Of a DNA stretch of 64,000 nucleotides, positions 36,953 to 46,311 are shown in pieces. The stretch spans positions 2,162 to 66,161 of the forward strand of contig JAPCJI010000008.1 in assembly GCA_027887005.1 (NCBI GenBank), given 5' to 3'. The notes under the pieces are model-generated. The model did no database searches. It was not told the origin of the DNA and worked only from the letters and a program-made list of their open reading frames with translations. The first letter of the stretch is position 1. Each line of letters starts with the position of its first letter. The position numbers and the translations under genes were made by a program. Origin of the DNA: Nitrososphaerota archaeon (GTDB taxonomy: Archaea > Thermoproteota > Nitrososphaeria > Nitrososphaerales > Gagatemarchaeaceae).

Positions 36953-39123
36953 GGCAGCCTACCTCCGAGTGCGAGCAGGAGGAAGGCGACCAGGATTATG
37001 ATCCCGATGGCGAAGACCTGGGCGTACTGTTCGACTATCCCCGTCTGCATCCTCCGGACGAAGCGCGAAAAGGCCTGACCGAGGGCGGAGAATCCGTTGG
37101 CCACTCCGTCTACGACCTTGACGTCGAACCAGTTGCCTGCCGTCGATAGTGACACGCCGAGCACCGACCCGGCCTGGTTGACCCTGAAGAGTCCTCTGAA
37201 GTCGAAGGTCTCGCTTAGCCAGCTGGCTGCGGCCATGGGAGCGTCCACGAAGACCTTGTAGTAGATCGCGTTGATGTACCACCTCTTGTAGAGGAAGGAG
37301 TAGAGCCCGTGCATGAAGCCCGTGGCGCCGACGAACCTGCTCGCGCTCGTCCTTCGAATGAGGTAAATGGCCGCGGCTGCGAGGAACCCAATCGCTACGA
37401 AGAGGCCGACGATGCCGGAGGCGGCCGCGTTGAAACCTGCCTGAGGCGAGGAGAGGACCTGCGAGGGGAAGAACGTCTGGACGTACGAAGTGGCCGCCGA
37501 GTCGAGGGTGGCCTCCACGTTGAACGCGGGGACGGCAAGGCCCAGGAGCGCCCCCAGCCCGATCAGCACGGTCGCGCCTGCCAGTATCCCGTAGGGGATC
37601 CACATGATTGGGCTTGGCTCATGGACGTGGTGGCCGCTCCCCTCGACCTCTTCTAGCCGCTTGCTCCTCCCCCCGAAGAATACCAACCCCAGCATCCTGA
37701 ACGAATAGAAGGCGGTGAGACCTGCTGTCAGTGCCCCAACTGCGAAGAGGGCGTACTGCCCCGCTCCCCAGGCTGCTCCCAGGACCGCGTCCTTGCTCCA
37801 AAAGCCGCTGAAGGGCGGGATGCCAGAGAGGGACGCGACTGCTATGAGGAACGCCGCGAAGGTGAGCTTCATCCTGTCCCTCATCCCACCCATGTCGCTG
37901 ATGTACTTCGAGTCTGAGGCGTGGATCAGGGCACCGGCGGCCAGGAACAGGCAGGCCTTGAAGATGGCGTGGCTCATGAGCTGGTAGAGGCCTGCTGCCA
38001 GGCCCTGGGCGAAGTCGACGGAGAGGCCCGCGACACCGACAGCGAGCATCATGTAGCCGATCTGAGACATGGTCGAGTAGGCGAGGATCTTTTTCAGCTC
38101 GAACCCAACTAGAGCCTGGCTCGCGGCCAGGACGGCGGTGAACGCGCCGATCCATGCCACCGTGAGGAAGAAGGGTTGGACCGAGGCGAGCCCGAGGGTC
38201 GGGTTCGCCAGGGCGATGAAGTAGAAGATTGGTGCTATCCTCGCGACCAGCACCACGCCGGCCTTGACCATCGTGGCGGCGTGGATGAGGGCTGACACTG
38301 GTGCGGGGCCCGCCATAGCGTCAGGGAGCCATTCGTGCAGGGGGAACTGGGCCGACTTGCCCACTGCACCGCCGAAGATCAGGAGGGCCACCGGAACGAG
38401 CAGGCCGGACCTGGACAGGCCTTCGAACCAGGAGTGCGAGTCCGAGGCGAGCTGGTAGTAGTTGAATGTCCCGGCGTAGTAGAAGAGGATCAGGATCCCC
38501 GCGAGCATCGCCACGTCGCCGACCCTGGTCATTACGAACGCCTTCATCCCTGCGTGCGACGGGGAGTAGGCCTGGTCTTCGCCCAGGGCCCTGTCTCCGG
38601 GGGTGCCGACCCAGTCCTTGGTCTCGTCCTTCCAGTAGTGCCCGATGAGGGCGTAGCTGCATAGGCCGACCATCTCCCAGCCCACGAAAAGGGAGAGGAG
38701 GTTGTCGGAAAGGACGATGAGCTGCATGCTCCCGACGAAGAGGCTGACGAAGAAGAAGTAGCGGTTGGAACCCCCGTCTTCCTTCATGTATTCGAGACTG
38801 TAGACCATGATCAGGAAGCTCACCCAGGCCACGACGTTGGTCAGTATGGCGGTGTAGGGGTCGGTCAGGACGCCGACGGTGAGGTTCAGTCCTGAAATCC
38901 ATGGCACGCTCTTCGGAATCACCGAATCGACCACGCTCAGGGCCTGTCCTTCGAGGAGGGGAAGGAGCATGCTCAGGGCGAAGGCCGCAGAGAGGAAGGA
39001 GAACGCAACCGAGACCACGTTGGCGGGCCTTCCGGCCTTTCTGAGGGCTACGGTCAGCAGCGCGCCGGCGTAGGGCAGGATGAAGATGAGCCAGACGAAG
39101 TAGGACGGGATTACGAAGGTCAC
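36949..39123 (-). CDS. nuoL: Complex I subunit L with lengthened lateral helix (724 aa)
   Basis: GWEMVGLCSYALIG, KAFVMTRVGD, GKSAQFPLHEWLPDAMAGPAPVSALIHAATMV, HAIFKA. Confidence 0.94.
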   Translation of the reverse strand: MTFVIPSYFVWLIFILPYAGALLTVALRKAGRPANVVSVAFSFLSAAFALSMLLPLLEGQALSVVDSVIPKSVPWISGLNLTVGVLTDPYTAILTNVVAWVSFLIMVYSLEYMKEDGGSNRYFFFVSLFVGSMQLIVLSDNLLSLFVGWEMVGLCSYALIGHYWKDETKDWVGTPGDRALGEDQAYSPSHAGMKAFVMTRVGDVAMLAGILILFYYAGTFNYYQLASDSHSWFEGLSRSGLLVPVALLIFGGAVGKSAQFPLHEWLPDAMAGPAPVSALIHAATMVKAGVVLVARIAPIFYFIALANPTLGLASVQPFFLTVAWIGAFTAVLAASQALVGFELKKILAYSTMSQIGYMMLAVGVAGLSVDFAQGLAAGLYQLMSHAIFKACLFLAAGALIHASDSKYISDMGGMRDRMKLTFAAFLIAVASLSGIPPFSGFWSKDAVLGAAWGAGQYALFAVGALTAGLTAFYSFRMLGLVFFGGRSKRLEEVEGSGHHVHEPSPIMWIPYGILAGATVLIGLGALLGLAVPAFNVEATLDSAATSYVQTFFPSQVLSSPQAGFNAAASGIVGLFVAIGFLAAAAIYLIRRTSASRFVGATGFMHGLYSFLYKRWYINAIYYKVFVDAPMAAASWLSETFDFRGLFRVNQAGSVLGVSLSTAGNWFDVKVVDGVANGFSALGQAFSRFVRRMQTGIVEQYAQVFAIGIIILVAFLLLALGGRLP

Positions 39124-40634
39124 GCGTGTATCCCTCCTATGGGCAGGCTGCTGGCGAAGGCGATCAGGAACTTCGAGACCAGGTCAGGGTAGATGCCGAT
39201 GACTATGGATGCGACCACCAACGCGAGCATGGGTATCGTCATCGTCAGCGGCGCGTCCCTGACCCCTTCGAGGGTCGGCGGGAGCGAGCCGAAGAAGATC
39301 CTGCGGACCGGCCAGAATGTGTAGGCGACGGTCAGGAGGGTCGCGATGAGCCCGAGGATTGCGACCAGCAGATAGCTGGAGGAGCCGGCGGCGCCCTGGG
39401 AGAAGATGCCCGCGAACATTATCCACTCTGCCTGGAAACCGCTCGTGGGAGGGACGGCAGAGAGTATCAGGGCTCCCAGCACGAAGATGGAAGCTGTGAA
39501 CGGCATCTTCGCGGCCAGGCCGCCCATCTGTTTGACGTCTCTGAGGCCCGTCTGAGTGAGGAGTATCCCTGCCACGGCGAACATCACGAACTTCCCGAGG
39601 ATGTGGCTCGCGAAGTAGAAGACTCCCCCTGCTACACCGAGGGCAGACCAGCTGGCGATCCCCAGGATTGAGTAGGCGTTCTGGCTCATGGTCGACCAGG
39701 CGAAGATGTACTTGACGTCGGTCTGGGCGACGGTCACGGCGCCCCCGTAGAACATTGTGACGACTGCCCAGACCATCAACGGGAGGCTGAAGGTGTGGAA
39801 GGTCGAGGGCATGCCGAAGAGCAGCAGCCGCGCGATGACGTAGCTCCCAATGCCCGAGACGACAGCCATCGTTGGCGCGAAGGAGGTCGGGGGCTCTGCC
39901 TCAGTTATCGGAAGCCACATGTGCAGACCGAACACCGCCATCTTGACAAGCCAGCCCACGAGAATCAGCCCGGCGATCCAGAAAGCGATGGAGCTCGACT
40001 GGGCCAGGTGGAGGGCGCCTATCTCGAAGCTCCCTGTTGCGACGTAGGCCAGGGCGATGCCGGCGAGGAATACGAAAGCACCGAGCTGGTTCCAGATGAT
40101 GTAGATTATGCCGACCCTTTCCCTGTCGACGTAGCCGAAGAGGCTGATGATCACGAAGGTCGGTATCAGGACCGTCTCAAGAAAGAGGTAGAGCTCGATG
40201 AGGTTTGTCGAGAGGAGTATGCCGTCCAGCCCGGCGGAGACCAGCATGAAGCTGAGGTAGTAGATTCCGTAGCTCCCATGCCTGTCTTCCCCGTAGAGCG
40301 AATTGACCCGGGTCGTCATGTAGGGCATTGAATAGACTGCGGTCGCCGCCAGGACGAGGTTCACCACGATCACCAGGGGGAAGCTGAGACTGTCGGCCAG
40401 GAAGCCGAAGGTCAGGCCTGCGCTGGGGGCCCAGGTGTAGGACTCGAGGACCTGTGAGATGCTCCCCGTGAAGAGCTGTGAGGCTGCGAGCAGGAGCAGG
40501 GAAGCGGTTGTGATAAGGAGGGCGGCAAAGGCGAGCCATCCGACGTTCTTTCCGAGCTTCCCCGCCCCCAGGTAGCAGAGGGCCGCGAATACCATGGGAA
40601 GGACTACGGTCTGGAGAAGGAGGTATTGGTACAT
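39120..40634 (-). CDS. nuoM: Complex I second M-like antiporter subunit
   Basis: FLETVLIPTF, VKMAVFGLHMWLP, GGLAAKMP, VPPTSGFQAE; divergent from copy 1. Confidence 0.8.
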   Translation of the reverse strand: MYQYLLLQTVVLPMVFAALCYLGAGKLGKNVGWLAFAALLITTASLLLLAASQLFTGSISQVLESYTWAPSAGLTFGFLADSLSFPLVIVVNLVLAATAVYSMPYMTTRVNSLYGEDRHGSYGIYYLSFMLVSAGLDGILLSTNLIELYLFLETVLIPTFVIISLFGYVDRERVGIIYIIWNQLGAFVFLAGIALAYVATGSFEIGALHLAQSSSIAFWIAGLILVGWLVKMAVFGLHMWLPITEAEPPTSFAPTMAVVSGIGSYVIARLLLFGMPSTFHTFSLPLMVWAVVTMFYGGAVTVAQTDVKYIFAWSTMSQNAYSILGIASWSALGVAGGVFYFASHILGKFVMFAVAGILLTQTGLRDVKQMGGLAAKMPFTASIFVLGALILSAVPPTSGFQAEWIMFAGIFSQGAAGSSSYLLVAILGLIATLLTVAYTFWPVRRIFFGSLPPTLEGVRDAPLTMTIPMLALVVASIVIGIYPDLVSKFLIAFASSLPIGGIHA

Positions 40635-40696
40635 TGGTGGTTACACCCGAGGGCCGCTGACGATGTCGCGGAAGGATGGTTTTCTCGTTGACATTG

Positions 40697-41026
40697 TTAC
40701 CCTTCCATGGATTTCAGCTCGCTCACGTCCACGTCCTTGTGGAGCCTGTAGGCGACGACGACTATGGCGAGGATGACGGCAGCCTCCGCGGCCGCGAGGG
40801 CGATGGAGAAGAGCACGAAAGTCTGGCCGACCCCGTTGACCACGGTCGCGCCCGCAGCGGCGAACGGGGCATACTGGCTGAAGGCGATGAAGTTCAGGTT
40901 TGCGGCATTGATCATTATCTCCACTGCGAAGAGCAGGCGAAGTGCGTTCCTCTTGGTCACCAGGCCGTAGATTCCGATGCCGAAGAGCATGGCCGATACG
41001 AGGACGAAGTCCGTCAGCGAGTTCAC
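40697..41026 (-). CDS. nuoK: Complex I subunit K
   Basis: GIYGLVTKRN...EIMINAANLN...AAAEAAV; GTG start at 41026. Confidence 0.92.
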   Translation of the reverse strand: MNSLTDFVLVSAMLFGIGIYGLVTKRNALRLLFAVEIMINAANLNFIAFSQYAPFAAAGATVVNGVGQTFVLFSIALAAAEAAVILAIVVVAYRLHKDVDVSELKSMEG

Positions 41027-41529
41027 TGACTCTTTTCCTCCCTGTCGACCCTGGAAAGGGTCAGGGCGCCGACGACCGAAGCAGCGAGGACGAAGGCGAG
41101 GACCTCGAGCACGGGCGCGTAGTTGGTCGAGATGAGCTGGCCTATCTGGAGGAACCCCGCGGTGTTCTGAATGCTGGTCAGCCCCGAGAGGTCGGTGGCT
41201 ACCAAGGCGAAGGCGAGCGCTATGATGACGGCCAGGCCCGTGAGGACTCCGGCCAGCTTGGTAACGGACTTGGCAGGGACCTCCTTGGCCCACTTCTCTT
41301 CCCGCACGAGCATCACGGTGAAGAGTATCAGGACGGCAATTGCTCCGATGTAGACGGCTATCTGGAAGACGGCAACATAGGGCGCGTCCAGCAGGAAGAA
41401 GAGGGTGGCTACCCCGAAGAGGCTGCCGGCCAGGCCGATTGCGCCGTAGACGATCTCTTCGGCTTCGAGGGCCACTATGGCGCTTCCGACTGTGACCACC
41501 ATCATGGCGATGAAGATCAGGTCAGCCAT
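41023..41529 (-). CDS. nuoJ: Complex I subunit J
   Basis: FQIAVYIGAIAVLILFTVML. Confidence 0.9.
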   Translation of the reverse strand: MADLIFIAMMVVTVGSAIVALEAEEIVYGAIGLAGSLFGVATLFFLLDAPYVAVFQIAVYIGAIAVLILFTVMLVREEKWAKEVPAKSVTKLAGVLTGLAVIIALAFALVATDLSGLTSIQNTAGFLQIGQLISTNYAPVLEVLAFVLAASVVGALTLSRVDREEKSQ

Positions 41530-42037
41530 GTCTGGTCGTACCTCTTTCGGTGTCGAACTCCACCCTGTACTTCCTCCCCTCCAGCTTTGGAGGGACGGCG
41601 AGCATGTCCGGAGTGTACTTCAGGCCTGCCTTGTCGTAGGCCGCAAGCTCGTATTCGTTCGTCATGTAGAGGGCATCAAACGGGCAGGCGTCCACGCAGA
41701 GTGCGCAGAAGACGCACCTCCCGTAGTCGACCGCTGGCCAGATGTCCTTCTTGTTATGGGCCTTCCCCTTCTTCACGTTCTGCATCTCTATGGCTACGGC
41801 CACTCCGTCGCAGGCTATGGCGCAGAGCTGGCAGCCGGTGCACTTGTCGAAATAGAGGATGTGCCGGCCCTTGAAGCCGGGAAGGCCCACCCCCTGCTTG
41901 GGGTCGTACTTGTACCCCGGCCCCTGGAGGTCCAGCTTCTGCTCCGGGTAGCGAAGGGTCATCCTCGGACGGGTGAGGTGCCTTAAGCCGCTCCAAGTGG
42001 CGATCAAGACGCCCTTGATGTACGAGAGGGTCCCCAT
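41522..42037 (-). CDS. nuoI: Complex I subunit I (2x[4Fe-4S])
   Basis: CTGCQLCAIAC and CVFCALCVDACP. Confidence 0.94.
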   Translation of the reverse strand: MGTLSYIKGVLIATWSGLRHLTRPRMTLRYPEQKLDLQGPGYKYDPKQGVGLPGFKGRHILYFDKCTGCQLCAIACDGVAVAIEMQNVKKGKAHNKKDIWPAVDYGRCVFCALCVDACPFDALYMTNEYELAAYDKAGLKYTPDMLAVPPKLEGRKYRVEFDTERGTTRHG

Positions 42038-43207
42038 CTAGGCGATCCCCAGGGAGACAATCAGCAAGGTGAGGAAGATGTTCGCGAAGGCCAGCACCAG
42101 GAGGCGGACCCAGCCTCCCCTCAGGAGCAGGTCGATTCTCAACCTGGGCAATATGCTGCGCGGGAGCATCATGACGAGCATGACAACGGTCGTCTTCAGT
42201 ATGAACCAGACCTCTGGGGGAACGGGAGCTGGACCAAGCCATCCGCCGAGGAAGAAGGTTGTGAAGAGTCCTGCGAGTATGTACATCCGGGAGAAGTTTG
42301 CAAGCTGGAATGTCCCGAAGAGCATGCTGCTGTATTCTGTCTGCCACCCTGCGACTATCTCGCTATCGGCCTCCGGGATGTCGAAGGGGATCCGCTCGAG
42401 CTCGGCGAGCGCGCCGATGAAGAAAACAAAGGCCCCGAGGGGCTGGAGGACGATGTACCAGAGGCCGTTCTGGTGCGTGACTATCTGCATCAGGTTGAGG
42501 GATCCCGAGAGGATTACCGCGCCAAGGAGGGAGAGGACAAGAGGGATCTCGTAGGCGACCAACTGATGCAACGCCCTCACGCCGCCGAGGAAGGGGTACT
42601 TGCTGTTGCTTGCCCAGCCGGCCAGCAGGACGATCAGCGGAGAAAAGCCGAGAATTGCGAACACCAGTATCGCACCCACTGAGGGATTTGCGATGTAGGT
42701 GGTCGGGGAGAGGGGGACGAGGGCGACGAGGGCCCCTGCGACGGCCATCAGGGCGAACGGGACGGCCACGAAGGTGCCTTTGTCGACGCCGTCGGGGATG
42801 ATCATCTCCTTGAAGAGCAGCTTGAAGAAGTCGGCGACGTTCTGGAGGATTCCTTCGAACTTCCCGGCGTACATCGGACCCGTCCTGAGCTGGATCTTCG
42901 CAGTGAACTTCCTTTCTACCCAGCCCATGAAGATGGTGGAGTAGACGGCCACGAAACTGAAACCGGGAAACACGGTCAGGGCGAACAGAGTCTTGAAGGG
43001 CTCGGTGTTGATCAGGTTAAGCTGGATGGCTAGGAAGTCCAGGGGCTTGACGGTCGCCAGGGCGAAGATGTCCGTGGGGAGGCGGAGGGCGGCGAAGACA
43101 AGGTAGTAGATGGGGAGGACTATGAACACGGTAAGGAGGAGGACCCAGAAGACTACCCTGATGATTCTCTTGAGGAAGTCCTCGAAGGTTATGATGGGCT
43201 TCGACAT
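42038..43207 (-). CDS. nuoH: Complex I subunit H
   Basis: ERKFTAKIQLRTGP, ADFFKLLFKE, SNSKYP, RIPFDIPEADSEIVAG, PRLRID. Confidence 0.94.
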   Translation of the reverse strand: MSKPIITFEDFLKRIIRVVFWVLLLTVFIVLPIYYLVFAALRLPTDIFALATVKPLDFLAIQLNLINTEPFKTLFALTVFPGFSFVAVYSTIFMGWVERKFTAKIQLRTGPMYAGKFEGILQNVADFFKLLFKEMIIPDGVDKGTFVAVPFALMAVAGALVALVPLSPTTYIANPSVGAILVFAILGFSPLIVLLAGWASNSKYPFLGGVRALHQLVAYEIPLVLSLLGAVILSGSLNLMQIVTHQNGLWYIVLQPLGAFVFFIGALAELERIPFDIPEADSEIVAGWQTEYSSMLFGTFQLANFSRMYILAGLFTTFFLGGWLGPAPVPPEVWFILKTTVVMLVMMLPRSILPRLRIDLLLRGGWVRLLVLAFANIFLTLLIVSLGIA

Positions 43208-43296
43208 CTCGACTCGAGACCTTCCAATTGACGGTTCCGTCTACCCGTTATAAACGTGGGGGAATACTGAGTCTTGAGACGAGGCATGAGTTCCTG

Positions 43297-43593
43297 TCAA
43301 AGGACTTCTATGGAGCTCTCGGAGAAGCCATGTTGCATGAGCATCTTCTGGGCGGCCTCCCGGTGGTCTCCCTGAAGGATCATGATCCCGTCCTTGACTG
43401 TCCCGCCGGTGGCAAGGGCCCGTTTCATCTTGGAGCTCAGCTCGTGCATATCCTTTTCGCTCATCTTCAACCCTTCGATCACTGTGGTGGGCTTGCCAAA
43501 GCGGCGCATCTCCATCCGGATTTTTACACGGGCTTCTTCACGGTCGAGCTCGGCGAGAATATCCTGGAATCCTTCGTCTAGGTCCTTGCTCAC
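43297..43593 (-). CDS. Translation initiation factor aIF-1 (SUI1)
   Basis: RRFGKPTTVIEG...LATGGTVKDG.I.LQGDHR. Confidence 0.92.
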   Translation of the reverse strand: MSKDLDEGFQDILAELDREEARVKIRMEMRRFGKPTTVIEGLKMSEKDMHELSSKMKRALATGGTVKDGIMILQGDHREAAQKMLMQHGFSESSIEVL

Positions 43594-43679
43594 GACTTAC
43601 GTTTGGCTTCGGTTTTGAGGGTCTAATTAGGCTTTGGTCATTTGCTTAAAGCCATCGCCTTCCGAACCGATGAAACCGT

Positions 43680-43788
43680 GGGCCCGTAGCTCAGCGTCTG
43701 GAAAAGGCGGGAAATTCGGTTAGAGCGACCGGCTCATACTCCCGGAGGAGACACCGGTCGGTCGCCAGTTCAAATCCGGCCGGGCCCA
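43680..43788 (+). tRNA. tRNA with CAT anticodon, probably Ile2 (agmatidine) rather than Met; introns at 15/16 (43695-43714) and 37/38 (43739-43752)
   Basis: Spliced form is 75 nt with acceptor GGGCCCG/CGGGCCC-A (Ile-like) and CAT at 43735-43737; relaxed BHB at both inserts; one A-C mismatch in the T stem. Confidence 0.85.
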
Positions 43789-43792
43789 CACT

Positions 43793-44251
43793 TCACTGAT
43801 TCTTCTTTGGGGCGCCCGGTGTCTTCCAGTCGGGAAACGTGCTGAAATGCTCGTGGGCTATCTTCCAGCCTTTCATGGTCCTCGCGAGCACCATGGTCAC
43901 CCTCGCCCTCGAGCCCACGGGTGAACCCTCGAAGGAGTAGTCGTTGATGAACATCCCCTTGTATGCCAGGTAGAAGGTGGCCACCGCCGCGTCCCCCAGG
44001 AGGTCGATCCGCAGGCTGTCGATTTGGTACGAGTAGTCGGAGATGTTGGCGAAGGCGGCCTGCTCGTGAACGAACGCCTCCTCCGAGTTCTGTCTGGTGT
44101 AGGGGGCGTTTTCGTCGAACTTCGAGAAGGAATCGTGGGCCGAGTGGAAGCCAGCGAGGGAGCTCAGGTCCTTGTTCTTCCCCGCCTCGAAGAAGCCGAA
44201 GATGACCGAGGTTATCTCCTTCTTTTCCCTGTCCGACTGTGATTCAGCCAT
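43793..44251 (-). CDS. SnoaL/NTF2-like protein
   Basis: LRIDLLGDAAVATF...RVTMVL...GWKIAHEHFS. Confidence 0.8.
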   Translation of the reverse strand: MAESQSDREKKEITSVIFGFFEAGKNKDLSSLAGFHSAHDSFSKFDENAPYTRQNSEEAFVHEQAAFANISDYSYQIDSLRIDLLGDAAVATFYLAYKGMFINDYSFEGSPVGSRARVTMVLARTMKGWKIAHEHFSTFPDWKTPGAPKKNQ

Positions 44252-44321
44252 GTCCCTAGGGCATCCCTCGGGCTTTCAGACTAAGAACGTTTTTCAGCCC
44301 ATCGCGGAACCGACCGCCTGC

Positions 44322-44419
44322 GGCGCCGTAGCTCAGAAGCAGGTAGCTGCTGGGCAGCGTGGTAGAGCAGCAGGCTGTTAACCTGTTGGTCGTCGGTTCG
44401 AGTCCGACCGGCGCCGCCA
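44322..44419 (+). tRNA. tRNA-Asn(GTT) with 21-nt intron at 15/16 (44337-44357) and encoded CCA
   Basis: Acceptor GGCGCCG/CGGCGCC-G-CCA; anticodon arm GCAGG CT GTT AA CCTGT; BHB with GCTC/GGGC helix, AGA and AGC bulges, AGCAG/CTGCT intron stem. Confidence 0.92.
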
Positions 44420-44469
44420 GAGTCATTCTTGTGGAACTCTAAAATATCCAAAAGCTGAATCATCTGATC

Positions 44470-44766
44470 ATGAATACCAAGAAGTTGTCTACTGTGGCAG
44501 TAGAAGTCGGAAGCGCCGCTCTTTCGATTTATGGCTTCGCGAGCGCATTGTACTGGTATTGGATTTTTCTTCAATCAGCGCCCAATCAGACCATAAGCTC
44601 CAATGCTCTTGTGCTTCAGGGCGTCCCTCTTTCCCACATCATCGAGAGCCTTTTGACAATAGCCCTAGGCGGCTTCGTTCACACTTTACACAGGCTTTGG
44701 CCAGAGATTCTCGACCTTTTCGAGCGCGTTGGGCAGGGAGTCGAGTCTGAGGCGAGACACGTGTGA
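44470..44766 (+). CDS. Small two-TM hypothetical protein
   Basis: 98-aa ORF with two hydrophobic segments; AT-rich box at about 44440. Confidence 0.5.
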   Translation: MNTKKLSTVAVEVGSAALSIYGFASALYWYWIFLQSAPNQTISSNALVLQGVPLSHIIESLLTIALGGFVHTLHRLWPEILDLFERVGQGVESEARHV

Positions 44767-44938
44767 GCTGTTGGAATCTGCTCTTTGAACCCACCAGGCC
44801 AGCTCTATTCGAAGTATCTTGACTGGTCCATTTGGCTTTGTCTGAATCTGGTTTCTTCGTTTGTTGCGAGCATATTCGGAGCCCCTTCGGCAAGAAAGAC
44901 CATAAATAGTTGCTAGCGCAGAATCGAGGCGGCAAGAC

Positions 44939-45106
44939 TTGAAGATAGACCTATTCTGGACAGTCGCCATAATCCTAGTGGTCCTGTGGCTATTCGGGTT
45001 CATCGGCGGGGTCGGCGGGGAGTTAATCCATCTATTGCTGATCGTCGCCGTCATCGTGGTAGCCTACAGACTCTTCACTGGGAGAAACGTGGTCACGGGC
45101 AAATGA
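44939..45106 (+). CDS. lmo0937/DUF5670-like small membrane protein (55 aa; not in the ORF track)
   Basis: TTG start: MKIDLFWTVAIILVVLWLFGFIGGVGGELIHLLLIVAVIVVAYRLFTGRNVVTGK; ATAAATA at about 44902. Confidence 0.8.
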   Translation: MKIDLFWTVAIILVVLWLFGFIGGVGGELIHLLLIVAVIVVAYRLFTGRNVVTGK

Positions 45107-45613
45107 CTGCGCTCGAACGTGGGGTAATCAGTTAGGTCAGTTTCATCTTGTGACCGCAAAGATGACACTTCCTCGAACCCTCTTCTTCGGGGAAGATATT
45201 CGCCAGGTCGCATTTGCACGTACATGGGACTAGGTCTAGAGTTGACCAATCACAACTCTTGCACAAACTGAGACAACTTTTCGTGTCGCTGTGATTTATC
45301 TCTATCCGGTGTCAGAACGAAAGATTGAAGCTCTTGAAGCAACGCTCTTCACTTGGATTGGAACGACCCTGCGACGATTGATCATGGCCCGGAACCACTT
45401 TCCAGACCTGTTTAGGGGGGTGTTCCACTGGACCCACGAATTCGAATTGCATGCTAGGTTTCAGTAAGGGAGTGCGACCAGACTTGCGCTCTGAGCTCGG
45501 AATGCGACGCTGTCGGCGAAATCAGTTCGCATTACTCCCGACTTTTTCCGTTGGATGTCCCGGCGACAGCACGCCGTTTCCATTCGAGTCCCAAGCCAGG
45601 TGCAAATCTGCAG

Positions 45614-45631
45614 CGAGTCCGAGCGGCGCCG
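45614..45631 (+). repeat. Degenerate copy of the tRNA-Asn 3' end (att-like)
   Basis: CGAGTCCGAGCGGCGCCG matches 44399-44416 (CGAGTCCGACCGGCGCCG) at 17/18. Confidence 0.75.
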
Positions 45632-46014
45632 TCGAGAATAACCTCAGACTGAACTTTGTTTGCCTAGATTAGCTAGATTCGCCCCTGTTTTCACGGCTGT
45701 TGCCGCTAGGTTCGAATCACACCGACCTCACCGCATGCAAAGCACACGTGCTACTATTCCCGCATTGCATACATCGCATCTCACTCAAAGCTTCCGTGCG
45801 GTAGCAGGGATTTCAACCTGGGTTTGTTCCGTAGGGGCGCCTACCTGAATTGACAAGCCCCGGCCAGGACGCCACGTTGCGGAAGTAGTTTGGGTCTGAA
45901 CTCGGCACGACAAATCGGTCGAGCTTTCCCTGCTCCCCCACAGAAAGCAGATCCGAGCCTCTTTCCTCGAAGGAGGAGGTGGGTGGATCGAACCTTCCTG
46001 CCCTCGCTGCTGAT

Positions 46015-46251
46015 TCACTTGGTGCGGGCGGGCTTGTGTACGTAGGCTTCCACGATATCGCGGACGTCTCTCTTCTCCTTGAATGACTGTCTCCATAGCT
46101 CGTCCCGTCTCCCGGGGGCCATCTTGTTCCAGTACCTTGCGATGTCATCTGCCACTTCCAAGACGTAGAACTCGCCCTGCTTGAACGGTCGTTCCCGGCC
46201 CTGCCCTACAACAGGCTGAGAGCCGTTGTCCTTCACTCTGATTGAGGCCAT
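46015..46251 (-). CDS. Small hypothetical protein
   Basis: 78-aa ORF with core-like codon usage. Confidence 0.5.
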   Translation of the reverse strand: MASIRVKDNGSQPVVGQGRERPFKQGEFYVLEVADDIARYWNKMAPGRRDELWRQSFKEKRDVRDIVEAYVHKPARTK

Positions 46252-46311
46252 AGGAATCCCCCCGAAACCCCGGCGTAAAAAGGACAGGGTCGTGACTGGG
46301 TGGAGGGAAGA

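Noticed and set aside
43680..43788. Calling the CAT tRNA an initiator or elongator Met
   Set aside because: It lacks the A1-U72 pair and three G-C anticodon-stem pairs of initiators, and the GGGCCCG acceptor is Ile-like. Elongator Met is not fully excluded.
45107..45550. Short ORFs in the gene-poor stretch after the lmo0937-like gene
   Set aside because: No motifs or codon bias; treated as eroded DNA.
45857..45869. GCCCCGGCCAGGA resembling the tRNA-Glu 3' end
   Set aside because: Short, very GC-rich, opposite in orientation to the nearby tRNA-Asn and without a T-loop remnant; could be chance.
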